Source of the DNA: Candidatus Eiseniibacteriota bacterium
Lineage (GTDB): Bacteria > Eisenbacteria > RBG-16-71-46 > JABDJR01
Direction: 5' to 3'
NCBI GenBank assembly: GCA_963762255.1
Contig: CAVXKA010000001.1
Coordinates: 352,001-416,000 of the forward strand
DNA: 64,000 nucleotides
Positions 10,042-21,833 of this stretch are shown here, piece after piece (position 1 is the stretch's first letter; each line of letters starts with the position of its first letter). The position numbers and the translations under genes are program-made. Below the pieces are notes generated by a model that made no database searches, had not been told where the DNA came from, and worked only from the letters and a program-made list of their open reading frames with translations.

Positions 10042-12474
10042 ATGTGGCGTCCTGGGTCCTTCCGCGTCCTTGCTCTCGCCTCGGCGATGATCGGCGCGCT
10101 CCCGTGCGTCCTTGCCCCTGTTGCCCTTGCCGGCACCCAGCCCTATGCCCGCGTCGCGCTGCACGTGAAGGCACACACCACGAAGGCGTCCCTCGTCTGC
10201 ACCTCAGGGTCCCCCAACACGCAGAATCTCCCGTGCTCCGAGTATCGGACGAACTGGATCGTCCAAAACAATTGCGACGTCTACCTGGTCGTCGGACACG
10301 GGGACCCCACCGCCGGCATCGCCGGGGTGAACTGCCGGATCCTATACGAGAACGCGGGGGGCTACGGCGTCGACGTGTTCGGGTGGACATTGTGCGCCGA
10401 CCAGGAAGCGGTCGGGGCAGGCACATTCGGTAATTGGCCGGAGTCGGGAGGCTCCAACACCATCACCTGGAACCCCACTACCAACTGCCAGCGCACGGAG
10501 ATCGGAGACGAAGGGGTCCACGCGGTTGCGGGAGCCTTCTACGTCTATGCCTACACCGCGGATTACCTGACGATCTCTCCCGTCGAGAGCGCCTTCGCGA
10601 TTTGGGACTGCCGGGGAGGCACGACCAGCAGCAGCTATAGAGCGCCTGGCGTGCTCTTCAGCACAAGCGGATACGAATACGGCGAGAACCCCTGTGAGCA
10701 CTCCTTTTACACTCCGACCTGCCCGATCTCTCCCGACGAGGTCGATTTTGGCTCGATCTGGGCCAGCGACTATCGGGACTCCACGATTCTTGTCCTCAAC
10801 GAGCAGAGCACACCGATCCAGGGTACTTGGTCGGTGAGCGGGGGCAGCTTCTCGCTGCGTTCAAGCGGCGATCCCTTCACATTGGCGCCAGGGGCAACGG
10901 TGCCGGTGACGATCCGATTCGACCCCACAGGGGACGGGTACACAGAGGGTTGGCTGGCCAGTGGCAACTGTCATGGGATCAGGCTTCTCGGGCACGCGAC
11001 CGCTCCATGCGTGTTCACACCCGATCGGCTGGGCTTCGAGCAGACCGCAGTGGGCGAAACGCGGACTCTCCCTGTAGTGCTTCGCAACGTCCATCCCGCA
11101 CCATTGAGCGGCACGGTGTCACTGAGTGGGAGCGGCTACCATCTGGGGGCGGGGACGAGCACGTATTCGCTGGCTCCCGGGGAGTCTCTGGCCCTCGAGA
11201 TCGAGTTCCAACCTGGGACCCCGGGGTATCACGCCGGCACCCTCTCGGCAGGATCCTTCAGCCGCACGGTGCCCCTGACCGGCAACGGCATTCTCGCGTG
11301 CACTGTCGCGCCCACGACCCGCAACTTCGGAACCGTTGCCGTCGGTGCGTACCGCGACATCGATTTCACCGTGACCAACAACCTCCAGCAACAAGTTGAT
11401 GGGCAGGTCACTGCCGGCACCTCGCCCTTCCGGATTCTGGCCGGAGGGGAGCCCTACAGCCTCGCGCCGGGAAGTGCCCACACTTTCACGGTCCGATTCG
11501 AGCCCCGGGAGTCCATCGAGTACTCCGGCACCGTTTCGCTTGGATCATCCTTCGGCACGATGTCCCTTTCCGGAACCGGCAAGGTACCTTCGCAGACCTG
11601 CCTCACGCTCCCCGGCTCGGATCTCCTCTTCGGCTTCACGCAGCTGGGCGTGGGCCGCACCGAGATCGTTCGGTTCGCCAACACGGGCGAGGGCTCGTTC
11701 GCGCTGACGCTGAGCGAGGAGAGCATGTCGCCCAATTTCTCGCTCCCGAACGGCGAAGGCCCCTTTGCCATTACGACCGGCGACACGCTCGACGTCCCGG
11801 TGCGCTACGACCCACTCACTACCGGGGTTCACGTCGGCACCCTCGTCACCAGCTCGCCCTGCGCCAACGTGCAGTTGGTTGGGTTCGGCCAGCGCAGTCC
11901 GGTAGCCTGCATCGCCGCCGTTTCCGAGCTCGACTTCGGGGACGTGCCGGTGGGCGCATCCCGCGAAATGGAGTTCCATCTGTTCAACTACTCCGGAGAC
12001 TTGGCGCTCGGAGATGTCTTCGTGTCGTGCGAGGACTTCTCGCTCACGAGCGACCTATCCTACCGGGTCTCGTGGGCCGATTCCGAACTCGTGCGCGTGC
12101 GGTTCGCCCCCAGAACGCTGGGCTCGCAGAGCTGCGCGGTGGCGGTGACCGGGAGTTGCGGCGACACGATCGAGATCGCCGGCTACGGCATCGCGCCCCC
12201 CGACACCGCGCGCGCCCGTCCCTGGCTCTTTGCGGCGAGCCGGCCCAACGAAGCCGTGCAGCGACTCGTCTACGATGTCCTCGCCGCCGCTCACGTCGAG
12301 ATCATCATCTTCGACGTCGTGGGGCACGAGCTGGCGCGCTTCGACGAGGGTGTTCGAGCACCGGGACGCTTCGAGGTGTCTTGGGACGCCCACCAGCGTC
12401 CGGGCGGGATCTATTTCGCGCGCATCGAGGCGGCGCGGGCCAGCTTCACACAGCGGGTGCTGCTGCTGCGATGA
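10042..12474 (+). CDS. Secreted protein: Cys-rich N-domain, 5 Ig-like (choice-of-anchor D/ASH-type) repeats, T9SS/FlgD-like C-terminal domain
   Basis: GGAGG RBS; signal peptide; five repeats of the form DFGxVxVG...V.N...LAPG...VRFxP; C-terminus IFDVVGH...WDA...GIYFARIE...RVLLLR. Confidence 0.85.
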   Translation: MWRPGSFRVLALASAMIGALPCVLAPVALAGTQPYARVALHVKAHTTKASLVCTSGSPNTQNLPCSEYRTNWIVQNNCDVYLVVGHGDPTAGIAGVNCRILYENAGGYGVDVFGWTLCADQEAVGAGTFGNWPESGGSNTITWNPTTNCQRTEIGDEGVHAVAGAFYVYAYTADYLTISPVESAFAIWDCRGGTTSSSYRAPGVLFSTSGYEYGENPCEHSFYTPTCPISPDEVDFGSIWASDYRDSTILVLNEQSTPIQGTWSVSGGSFSLRSSGDPFTLAPGATVPVTIRFDPTGDGYTEGWLASGNCHGIRLLGHATAPCVFTPDRLGFEQTAVGETRTLPVVLRNVHPAPLSGTVSLSGSGYHLGAGTSTYSLAPGESLALEIEFQPGTPGYHAGTLSAGSFSRTVPLTGNGILACTVAPTTRNFGTVAVGAYRDIDFTVTNNLQQQVDGQVTAGTSPFRILAGGEPYSLAPGSAHTFTVRFEPRESIEYSGTVSLGSSFGTMSLSGTGKVPSQTCLTLPGSDLLFGFTQLGVGRTEIVRFANTGEGSFALTLSEESMSPNFSLPNGEGPFAITTGDTLDVPVRYDPLTTGVHVGTLVTSSPCANVQLVGFGQRSPVACIAAVSELDFGDVPVGASREMEFHLFNYSGDLALGDVFVSCEDFSLTSDLSYRVSWADSELVRVRFAPRTLGSQSCAVAVTGSCGDTIEIAGYGIAPPDTARARPWLFAASRPNEAVQRLVYDVLAAAHVEIIIFDVVGHELARFDEGVRAPGRFEVSWDAHQRPGGIYFARIEAARASFTQRVLLLR

Positions 12475-14864
12475 AGCTGTTGCTTGGTGCGCTCATGGCG
12501 CTTCTGGCCGCGCTGCTCTCGGCGGCGCCCGCTCTCGCCGGCACCCAGGACCAGGCGCGGGTCGCGTTGCATCTCAAGGAGCACACGACCAAGACCAGCA
12601 CGGCTTGCACGACGTGGTCGCCCGCCGGAGAGGGGCGGCCCTGCGGCCAGTTCGTGACCAGGGCGTACCTGGGAGGGGGCTACGACGTCTATCTCGTCGT
12701 CGCTCACGGCGACTCGACCGCGGGGGTGGCCGCAGTGGAATGCAGGGTCGAGTACAACGGAACAGACCAGCAGGGTGTGGACGTCTTCGGGTGGACCCTT
12801 TGCGCAGACCTCCAGTCCAGTGACGCGGCCTGGCCGGACGCGGGAACCAGCAACCGCATTACTTGGAGTTCCATTAGTGCCTGCCAGCGCACGGTGATCG
12901 GCGGCGAGGGCGTTCACGCTGTGGCGGGCGCGTTCTACGTATTCGCCTACTCGCCGGATGTGCTCTCGGTAGTCCCTCCATCCACCGGTTTCGCGGTAAA
13001 GGACTGCAGGGGAACCAGCAGCTTGATCGAACAGGGGGTTCCCAAGATCGCGTTCAGCTCGTCGGCCACAGTCGACGGTCATAACCCCTGCCTTGATCGA
13101 TGCTGGAACCTCGTTCCTACCCGGATTGAGTTGGGACAGGTTCGGGTCGGCGAGGTGCGCGATTCCACAGTGGTCATCCGCAACGCGAGCGGACAGACAG
13201 TCTCCGGACGTTGGACGGTTTCCGGGGGCAAATACGAAATCCTCTCCGCAGACCCCCGCTTCCAAATCGAGCCTGGGCAATCCACGTCGGTTCCCCTCAG
13301 GTTCGCACCGCAATCCTGGGGTGGGGATACCGGATACTTGTGGCCCCACGACTCCTGCAACCAGGCCATCACGCTCTTCGCCACCGGTATGTTCGGGTGC
13401 GCGTTCGAGCCCAACTCAGTTCATTTCTCCCCTCTGGCGGTCGGCGACGCCGAGACTCTCGCCGTCGCCGTCACCAACAACATGAACACCGCGCTGGCGG
13501 GCTCGATCCAGATCGCCGGCTCCAACTTCAGCCTCGGGCAGGAGGCGGACACGGTCACGTTGGCCTCGGGGGCATCCACGAGTATCGCGGTAGCGTTCCA
13601 CCCGTCTCGGACGGGAGTGTGTTCGGGGATTCTCACGGTGGATCACGCCTGCGGCGCCATCCTTCTGGACGGGCATGGGGTCGTGCTGTGCACGGCCACC
13701 CCGGAGAAACTCGACCTGGGCGAGGTGAAGGTCGGCGAGTCGGGTCATGCCGAGTTCGCGGTCACCAACAACCGGCGCACCGCGATCTCGGGTCAATTCA
13801 CGGTCGACAACCCCGCCTTCACCGTGCTCGACGGGGAGACGCCTTTCCTGGTCCCACCGCAAAGCACGAGTCGCTACGAGGTCCGGTTCGCCCCAACGAT
13901 CAACGGCATGTTCCGCGGTACGATCACCGTGGGCTCGCAGTGCTCCACGGTGGAGGTGAGCGCACGCGGCCGCGATCCGTCCCTGCGCTGCACTGTGCTT
14001 CCTGGCTCCGACGTCGATTTCGGACTGATCGCGGTCGGGCTGAGCAAGATCGGCAAGATCCGCTACGTCAATCTGAGCGAGCAGACATTCACCCTCCACT
14101 TGAGCGCGGCGGAGCTGCCCGATGATTTCACCCTTCTTGACGGGGAGGGACCGTTCACCGTGCCGCCCGGCGACACGCTTGCCGTTCGCATGCGCTTCGC
14201 CCCCCGAGGCCTCGGCACAGCCACCGGCACTTTGCTCGCGGATCCTCCCTGCGCGGGCGTGCGCGTCACCGGCGTGGGCCAAGCGGGTCCAGGCCGGTGC
14301 GTGGTCGAGACCGCCAGGTTCGACTTCGGGGATGTCCTCGTGGGCCGCTCGCGAACCCTCGAGACGTACTTCATCAACCTCTCAGGCGGAACCGCGCACG
14401 GCTCGGTGTATGTGCCCTGCACAGATTTTGCTCTGGCCGGCGCCACCGCCTACCACCTCGCCGTGCGCGACTCACAACTGGTGCGCCTGCGCTTCACCCC
14501 CACTGCTCTGGGTACGCAAGCATGCGCGCTCGATGTGACCGGGGACTGCGGCTACCCCGTCATCGCCACTGGCCGTGGCATTGCGCCTCCTGACACTGCA
14601 CAAGCGCGGCCTAGGATCGCGTCGGTGAGCCGTCCCGCCGACGGCGTGCAGCGCCTAGCCTACGAAGTACTCTCCGCCGCGTCGGTCGAGATCGTGATCC
14701 TTGACGTCGCCGGCCGGCGAGTCGCCCGCTTCAACGAAGGAGTGCGCGTCGCGGGGCACTACGAGCTCTCGTGGGATGCGCGGGTGCGGCCGGGCGGCAT
14801 CTACTTTGCGCACATCACGGCGGGCCGCGCCGAGGCCACCGCGCGGATGCTGCTGCTCCGCTAG
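12471..14864 (+). CDS. Tandem paralog of 10042..12474 with the same architecture
   Basis: ATGA overlap; collinear similarity (ARVALH, GVDVFGWTLCAD, EGVHAVAGAFYV, GIAPPDTA, RPGGIYFA). Confidence 0.85.
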   Translation: MKLLLGALMALLAALLSAAPALAGTQDQARVALHLKEHTTKTSTACTTWSPAGEGRPCGQFVTRAYLGGGYDVYLVVAHGDSTAGVAAVECRVEYNGTDQQGVDVFGWTLCADLQSSDAAWPDAGTSNRITWSSISACQRTVIGGEGVHAVAGAFYVFAYSPDVLSVVPPSTGFAVKDCRGTSSLIEQGVPKIAFSSSATVDGHNPCLDRCWNLVPTRIELGQVRVGEVRDSTVVIRNASGQTVSGRWTVSGGKYEILSADPRFQIEPGQSTSVPLRFAPQSWGGDTGYLWPHDSCNQAITLFATGMFGCAFEPNSVHFSPLAVGDAETLAVAVTNNMNTALAGSIQIAGSNFSLGQEADTVTLASGASTSIAVAFHPSRTGVCSGILTVDHACGAILLDGHGVVLCTATPEKLDLGEVKVGESGHAEFAVTNNRRTAISGQFTVDNPAFTVLDGETPFLVPPQSTSRYEVRFAPTINGMFRGTITVGSQCSTVEVSARGRDPSLRCTVLPGSDVDFGLIAVGLSKIGKIRYVNLSEQTFTLHLSAAELPDDFTLLDGEGPFTVPPGDTLAVRMRFAPRGLGTATGTLLADPPCAGVRVTGVGQAGPGRCVVETARFDFGDVLVGRSRTLETYFINLSGGTAHGSVYVPCTDFALAGATAYHLAVRDSQLVRLRFTPTALGTQACALDVTGDCGYPVIATGRGIAPPDTAQARPRIASVSRPADGVQRLAYEVLSAASVEIVILDVAGRRVARFNEGVRVAGHYELSWDARVRPGGIYFAHITAGRAEATARMLLLR

Positions 14865-15715
14865 CGGTTCTTGAGCCTCGGATCGAGCGCATCGCGCAAA
14901 CCGTCGCCCAGGAAGTTGAGCGAAAAGAGCGTGACCCCGAGCGCGAGGCCGGGGAAGAGGATGAGCCACCACGCCGTGTTGAGCGCGGTGATCGCGCTTG
15001 CGCCCTCGGCGGCGAGCAGCCCCCACGACGCGTTCGGCGGCTGCACACCAAGCCCCAAGAACGATAGGAACGCCTCCTCCAGCATCACCGCCGGCACGGT
15101 CAACGTCGCGTAGACGATGATGGGGCCGAGCAGGTTCGGGATCATGTGCCGAAAGAGGATGCGGCTCGGCTCCGCCCCCAGAGCGCGGATCGCCTGCACG
15201 AACTCCTCGCCGCGCAACTGCATCATCTGACCGCGCACGATGCGGCTCATGGTCAGCCACTGCACCGCGCCCAGCGCGAGGAACAACAACACCAGATGCC
15301 GGCCGAAGTACGCGACGAGCAGGATCACGAAGAACATGAAGGGAAGGCTGTAGAGGAGATCGACGAAGCGCATCATGAGGCTGTCGGTGCGGCCGCCGCG
15401 ATAGCCCGCCACCGCGCCCCAGGTGACGCCGATCACGAGGCTCACCAGCGTCGCCACGAGCCCGACCGCCAGAGAGAGCCGGCCGCCGTAGAGCGTGCGG
15501 GTGAGCAGGTCGCGGCCGGCGAGGTCGGTGCCGAAAGGATGCCGCCAGCTCGGCGGCTGAAGCTGCCCGGCCAGGTTCTGCTCGTCGAACGTGTAGGGCG
15601 TGAGCCACGGCGCAAGGAGCGTGACCAGCACGACCACGATGAGCACCACCGCACCCGTCGTCGCCATCCGGCTCTTCAAGAGCCGGCGCAGCGCGTCCTT
15701 CCAGAAGCCGCTCAT
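14861..15715 (-). CDS. oppC: Oligopeptide ABC transporter permease OppC
   Basis: HPFGTDLAGRD, GGRLSL, EAA-loop EFVQAIRALGA, EAFLSFLGLG, NFLGDGLRDALDPR. Confidence 0.92.
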   Translation of the reverse strand: MSGFWKDALRRLLKSRMATTGAVVLIVVVLVTLLAPWLTPYTFDEQNLAGQLQPPSWRHPFGTDLAGRDLLTRTLYGGRLSLAVGLVATLVSLVIGVTWGAVAGYRGGRTDSLMMRFVDLLYSLPFMFFVILLVAYFGRHLVLLFLALGAVQWLTMSRIVRGQMMQLRGEEFVQAIRALGAEPSRILFRHMIPNLLGPIIVYATLTVPAVMLEEAFLSFLGLGVQPPNASWGLLAAEGASAITALNTAWWLILFPGLALGVTLFSLNFLGDGLRDALDPRLKNR

Positions 15716-16629
15716 CGCAGTTCCACTCGCGGATCTACCACCGCGTAGAGAAGGTCGACCACGAAGTTGAGCGTGATGAGGAGTCCGCTGTAGAGGAGCA
15801 CCGTGCCCATGGCCATCGTGTAATCGCGGTTGAGCGCGGAGTTGACGAAGAAGCTGCCGAGGCCGGGCACGTTGAAGATGCGCTCCACCACGACCGAGCC
15901 GACGAGAATGCTGGCGGCGGCAGGGCCGAGAAAACTGAGCACGGGCAGGATCGCCACGCGCAGCGCGTGCTTGACCACCACCGTGCGCTCGCGGAGCCCC
16001 TTCGCCCGCGCGGTGCGAATGAAGTCCTGGCGGATGACTTCGAGCATACCGGCGCGGGAGAGACGGGCGATGTAGGCGGCGCGCAGTGCGCCCAGCGTGA
16101 GCGCTGGAAGGATGAGCTGCGAAAGCGTCCCCCACCCGCCGGCGGGAAGCCATCCCAGCCAGAACGAGAACACGATGATGAGCACCGGACCCAGCACGAA
16201 GTTGGGGATGCAGATGCCGAGGAGCGACGCCCCCATGAGCAGGTAGTCGCGCGCCTGGTTCTGATAGAGGGCGCCCATCACGCCGGCAGGGATGCCGATG
16301 GCGAGCGAGATCACGAGCGCGAGCGCTCCCAGCGTGAGGCTCACCGGCAGCGCCTGGGCCACGATCTCGTTCACGGTGCGCCCCGGGTACTTGAACGACG
16401 GCCCGAGGTCCCCGTGTAGCAGGTCGCCCATGTAGCGCACGAACTGCTCGGTCAGCGGTTCGTCGAGGTGATACTTCGCACGAAGATTGGCCTCGATCTG
16501 GGGCGGCAGCGAGCGCTCGCCATCAAAGGGGCCACCCGGCGCCGAACGCATGAAAAGAAAGCTCAGAAGCAGGATCGCGAACAGGAGCGGAATGGTCGCA
16601 AGAATGCGCCGGACGAAGAAGCGGGTCAT
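15712..16629 (-). CDS. oppB: Oligopeptide ABC transporter permease OppB
   Basis: APGGPF, GDLGPSF, DFIRTARAKGL, VVERIFNVPGLG, NRDY, DLLYAVVDPRV. Confidence 0.92.
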   Translation of the reverse strand: MTRFFVRRILATIPLLFAILLLSFLFMRSAPGGPFDGERSLPPQIEANLRAKYHLDEPLTEQFVRYMGDLLHGDLGPSFKYPGRTVNEIVAQALPVSLTLGALALVISLAIGIPAGVMGALYQNQARDYLLMGASLLGICIPNFVLGPVLIIVFSFWLGWLPAGGWGTLSQLILPALTLGALRAAYIARLSRAGMLEVIRQDFIRTARAKGLRERTVVVKHALRVAILPVLSFLGPAAASILVGSVVVERIFNVPGLGSFFVNSALNRDYTMAMGTVLLYSGLLITLNFVVDLLYAVVDPRVELR

Positions 16630-16649
16630 GGGTTCGAGAGCCTAGCACC

Positions 16650-18149
<1,500 letters not shown>

Positions 18150-18217
18150 GATTCGCCCCTTGCCACGGCGGCGCCGGCGCGGCGCGCACGGTTCGTGGTC
18201 AAGCCCCAGGAATTGTC

Positions 18218-18246
18218 ACAATACAACCCGTGCCGTGGGCGAGCAA
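18218..18246 (-). promoter_or_regulatory. Putative sigma70 promoter for the FGE lipoprotein gene
   Basis: Minus strand TTGCTC-N17-TATTGT just downstream of the oppA stop. Confidence 0.4.
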
Positions 18247-18254
18247 GCAGCGTC

Positions 18255-19940
18255 TTAGTCGGCGCCTCGCGTGCTCGCATGACCAGGCCCGGGGACTGCG
18301 TTCACCGCCGCCGCCCGCGGCATCTCCAGGTCGCGCGGATGCCCGCGATGGCCGCGCAGCGGACGAACCGCCCGCAGATCGATCATGTTGAGGAGATTCG
18401 GCTTGAGCCCGGAGAAATCGCGCTCGTCGTAGAGGTTCTGCACGACGTAGAAGTAGAGCGGTAGGATGACCGCATCCTCGACCACGACCTTCTCCTCGGC
18501 CTCGTGGAGCAGGCGCATCCGCTCCACCGGGTCCAGTGTGAGCGCCGCGCGCGCGATCAGCGCGTCGTAGCCCGGATCCCGGTAGCCGGTCCGGTTGTTG
18601 CCGTTGGTCGAGGTCCACACATCGAGAAAGGTATTTGGGTCCACGTAGTCGCCGATCCAGCTCCCGCGCGAGATCCAATAGTCGAGGCCCTGCGTGGTGG
18701 CCAGGAACACCTTCCATTCCTGGTTCACGAGATCGACGTGGACGCCGAGCGCCTCCTTCCACTCCTGCTGCAACACCTCGGCGATCTGCTTGTGCGCCTC
18801 AGACGTGTTGAACAGAAGCTCGACGTGCGGGAACCCCTCACCCCCCGGATAGCCCGCTTCCGCGAGCAACCACCGAGCCTGTGCCACGTCGCGCCCTGCC
18901 AGACGCGCCTCTCCGTAACCGGGCACGCCGGGCGGCACGAGGCTGTACGCCGGCTCCTGCCCCGCACGCAGCACGTACTGGGTAATGTCCTCGCGGTTCA
19001 CCGCAAGCGAGAACGCGCGGCGCACGCGGGCGTCGTCGAACGGAGCCCGCGTCACGTTGAAACGATAGAAATAGGTCGAGAAGTAGGGCGCCTGGTGGAA
19101 GTCGGCGCGGCGTATGAGCTCCGGCACGATGAAGAGCGGGATCGCACCGGAGTCGGTCCAGTCCAATACCCCGCTCATGTAGAGGTTGAAGTTCGCGTTG
19201 ATGTTGTCGCCGACGAGCGCATCGGTGGTCTCCAGCGCGATAGCGCCAGCGTTCCAATAGCTCGGATTCCTGCGGAAGCGCAGGCTCCGGTTCAGGGACC
19301 AGCGCTCCAAGGTGAAGGGGCCGTTCGTGACGAGGTTCTCCGCCCGCGTCCAGAGGTCTCTATGCGCCTCGATGGTCCACGCCGGCACCGGCAGCAACGT
19401 GTAATAGGAGCAGAGGTCAAGGAAGTACGCGCATGGGGAGTGCAGGGTCACGACGAAGGTGGAGTCGTCGTCCGCGCGAAATCCCAGCAGCGCCGGATCG
19501 GTCAGCTCCCCGCGGTTGTACTCGCGCGCTCCCGCCACCGGATAGAGGAGCGACGCATAGCGGGCCGCGGTGGAGGGTGCCAACACCCGCTCCCAGGCGT
19601 AGGCGAAATCCCGCGCGGTGACCGGGCGACCGTCGCTCCAGTCCGCAGGACGCAGATGGAAGGTATAGGTCAGCCCGTCATCGCTCACCTCCCAGGCGCG
19701 GGCGATGCCGGGGACGATGCGCAGATCGGCGTCGTGGAGGGTGAGCCCCTCGAAGAGGTTCAACGCCACCCGTCCCGCGGTCTGATCGGAGGCGAGTCCG
19801 GGATCGATGGTCTCCGGCTCCGATCCCAGGAGCCAGACGAAGTCGGCAGGCGGTTCTTTCCCACCGCATCCGGCCAGAATCATCCCGATGAGAAGGAGTC
19901 CGGCGAGGCGACTCCGGCCGATCGCGTCGTGCGCACGCAT
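18255..19940 (-). CDS. oppA: Oligopeptide ABC transporter substrate-binding lipoprotein OppA
   Basis: LAGC lipobox; EPETIDP, LFEGL, YTFHLR, WSDGRPVTARDF, NGPFTL, RVRRAFSLA, WIGDYVDP. Confidence 0.92.
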   Translation of the reverse strand: MRAHDAIGRSRLAGLLLIGMILAGCGGKEPPADFVWLLGSEPETIDPGLASDQTAGRVALNLFEGLTLHDADLRIVPGIARAWEVSDDGLTYTFHLRPADWSDGRPVTARDFAYAWERVLAPSTAARYASLLYPVAGAREYNRGELTDPALLGFRADDDSTFVVTLHSPCAYFLDLCSYYTLLPVPAWTIEAHRDLWTRAENLVTNGPFTLERWSLNRSLRFRRNPSYWNAGAIALETTDALVGDNINANFNLYMSGVLDWTDSGAIPLFIVPELIRRADFHQAPYFSTYFYRFNVTRAPFDDARVRRAFSLAVNREDITQYVLRAGQEPAYSLVPPGVPGYGEARLAGRDVAQARWLLAEAGYPGGEGFPHVELLFNTSEAHKQIAEVLQQEWKEALGVHVDLVNQEWKVFLATTQGLDYWISRGSWIGDYVDPNTFLDVWTSTNGNNRTGYRDPGYDALIARAALTLDPVERMRLLHEAEEKVVVEDAVILPLYFYVVQNLYDERDFSGLKPNLLNMIDLRAVRPLRGHRGHPRDLEMPRAAAVNAVPGPGHASTRGAD

Positions 19941-20036
19941 GGGCGAGAGGGTAGCATTTGACGGGCGCGGCCGAAGGGCCGATATTTGTCCGTATCGAAT
20001 GCGTTGAGCGGGCCGACCCCAGCGAGGAGCACACAC

Positions 20037-20648
20037 ATGAAGAACCGCCTTTTCCAACTGCTGAGCCGGGGCGCCCCGGTCGTTCTTCTCATCGCGCTCT
20101 CCGTCGCGCCAGCCGGGGCCGCCGTCCTCGGCATCGGCGTGCATGGCGGCTGCGTCAAGGCCTATGACGCCGACGAGGGAACCGGCGCGTATGGCGCCCA
20201 CCTCGACCTCCACCTGTCGCCGTGGTTCGCGCTGCAAGGCTCGGTCGACGCGTGGCTGGAAGAGAGCATCCCGCTGAACTCCGATACGTCGGTCGGCGAT
20301 CTCAAGGTGAAGAGCATGCCGCTCACCGTGACCGCGCGGCTCTACCTACCCATTTCGTCCACCTTTGCCCCGTTCGCGGGGGCCGGCGCGGGCATCTACT
20401 ACGTCGAGAAGAACTACCCGAAATCGCTGAACGATCTCCACATCAACGACGACACTACCCAGGAGTTCGGCTGGCACGCGGCGGCCGGGGTGGAGGTCAA
20501 GATCGCTCGGTTCGTTTCCGTCTACGGCGAAGGGCGCGCGATCTTCGCCGACACCGGCCACAAGTTGGACGACAACGTGGTCTCGGACATCAAGGATTTC
20601 AACTATGACTCGGTGGCCTTCACCGGCGGTCTCACCATTCATTTCTAG
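20037..20648 (+). CDS. Outer-membrane beta-barrel protein (OmpA/OmpW-like, 8-stranded)
   Basis: Signal peptide; alternating beta strands (PFAGAGAGIY, FGWHAAAGVE); C-terminal Phe (GGLTIHF). Confidence 0.8.
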   Translation: MKNRLFQLLSRGAPVVLLIALSVAPAGAAVLGIGVHGGCVKAYDADEGTGAYGAHLDLHLSPWFALQGSVDAWLEESIPLNSDTSVGDLKVKSMPLTVTARLYLPISSTFAPFAGAGAGIYYVEKNYPKSLNDLHINDDTTQEFGWHAAAGVEVKIARFVSVYGEGRAIFADTGHKLDDNVVSDIKDFNYDSVAFTGGLTIHF

Positions 20649-20681
20649 CCGCGGAACAGGTCGAGGGGAAGGGGGCGAGCC

Positions 20682-21833
20682 GTGAATCGTTGGCTCAAGA
20701 GAATCCTGGTTCTCGCCGCGGTGGCGGCGGTCATCGTGGTGCTGAGGATGACCGTGTTCCGCCCGGAGCCGGTGCCGGTGACCGTACATCAGGTCGGGCG
20801 GGGCCGCGTCGAGGACTCGGTGGTGAACTCGCGCGCGGGCACGATCAAGTCCCGACTGCGCGCCCAGATGAGCCCCGGTATCTCCGGCCTCGTCACCGCC
20901 ATCCCGGTGAAGAAGGGGACTCCCGTGAAGCGGGGCGAGGTCATGCTTCGCATCGACGACGGCGAATACCGCGCTCAGCGGAACCTGGCCGCGCGCTCGC
21001 TCGACGCGGCCAAGGCGGCGGCCAATCAGGCTTGCCTCGCCGCCGATCAGACCGCGCGGGACCGCGCCCGCGCCGAGGGCATGGCCCAGAGCAATCTCAT
21101 CTCCGAGCAGGCGCTGGAAGCGGCGCGCACCCAGGCCGAGACCGCCGCCGCCGCATGCACCGCGACGCGCGAGCAGGTGAAGCAGGCCGAGGCCTCGGTG
21201 GCCGCCGCGCAAGCCATCCTCGACAAGACGGTGATGACCGCGCCCTTCGACGGGGTGGTGCTGGACGTCACCACCGAGGTCGGCGAGTGGGTCACGCCGT
21301 CGCCGCCCGGCGTGCTGATCCCGTCGGTGATCGACGTGATCGATCCCGATTCGCTATATGTCAGCGCGCCGCTTGACGAGGCCGACGTGGCGCGCGTGCA
21401 TCCCGGGCTTCCGGTGCGCATCACCATGGACGCGTTCCGCGGAAAGTCGTTCCCGGGCACGCTCTCCTATGTGTCGTCCTTCGTGGAAACGCGCCAGGAG
21501 CAGAACCGCACGCTCACGGTGGAGGCGGTGTTCACGGAGGGAGGCCTTCCTCCCAACGTGCTGCCTGGACTCTCCGCCGACGTCGAGGTGATTCTCGATG
21601 CCCACGACGACGTCGTGCGCATCCCCACCTACGCGCTTCTGGAGGGGAGCCGCGTCCTGGTGGTGCGCGGCGAGAAGCTGGAGTCGGTCGAGGTGAAGAC
21701 CGGGTTGCGCAACTGGGAGTTCACGGAGGTGACATCCGGCCTTGAGGTGAATGATCGCGTCGTGGTCTCGCTGGACCGCCCCGAGGTCAAGGCGGGCGCC
21801 AAGATCCGCGTCACCACGGAGTCCGGAAAATGA
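20682..21833 (+). CDS. Efflux membrane-fusion protein (MacA-like periplasmic adaptor)
   Basis: N-terminal anchor; lipoyl halves GLVTAIPVKKG and APFDGVV; helical hairpin; PGLSADVEV. Confidence 0.9.
   Translation: MNRWLKRILVLAAVAAVIVVLRMTVFRPEPVPVTVHQVGRGRVEDSVVNSRAGTIKSRLRAQMSPGISGLVTAIPVKKGTPVKRGEVMLRIDDGEYRAQRNLAARSLDAAKAAANQACLAADQTARDRARAEGMAQSNLISEQALEAARTQAETAAAACTATREQVKQAEASVAAAQAILDKTVMTAPFDGVVLDVTTEVGEWVTPSPPGVLIPSVIDVIDPDSLYVSAPLDEADVARVHPGLPVRITMDAFRGKSFPGTLSYVSSFVETRQEQNRTLTVEAVFTEGGLPPNVLPGLSADVEVILDAHDDVVRIPTYALLEGSRVLVVRGEKLESVEVKTGLRNWEFTEVTSGLEVNDRVVVSLDRPEVKAGAKIRVTTESGK

Noticed and set aside
10700-14600. Repeated sequence as a possible CRISPR or DNA repeat array
   Set aside because: The repeats are degenerate protein-level Ig domains, not identical DNA repeats with spacers.
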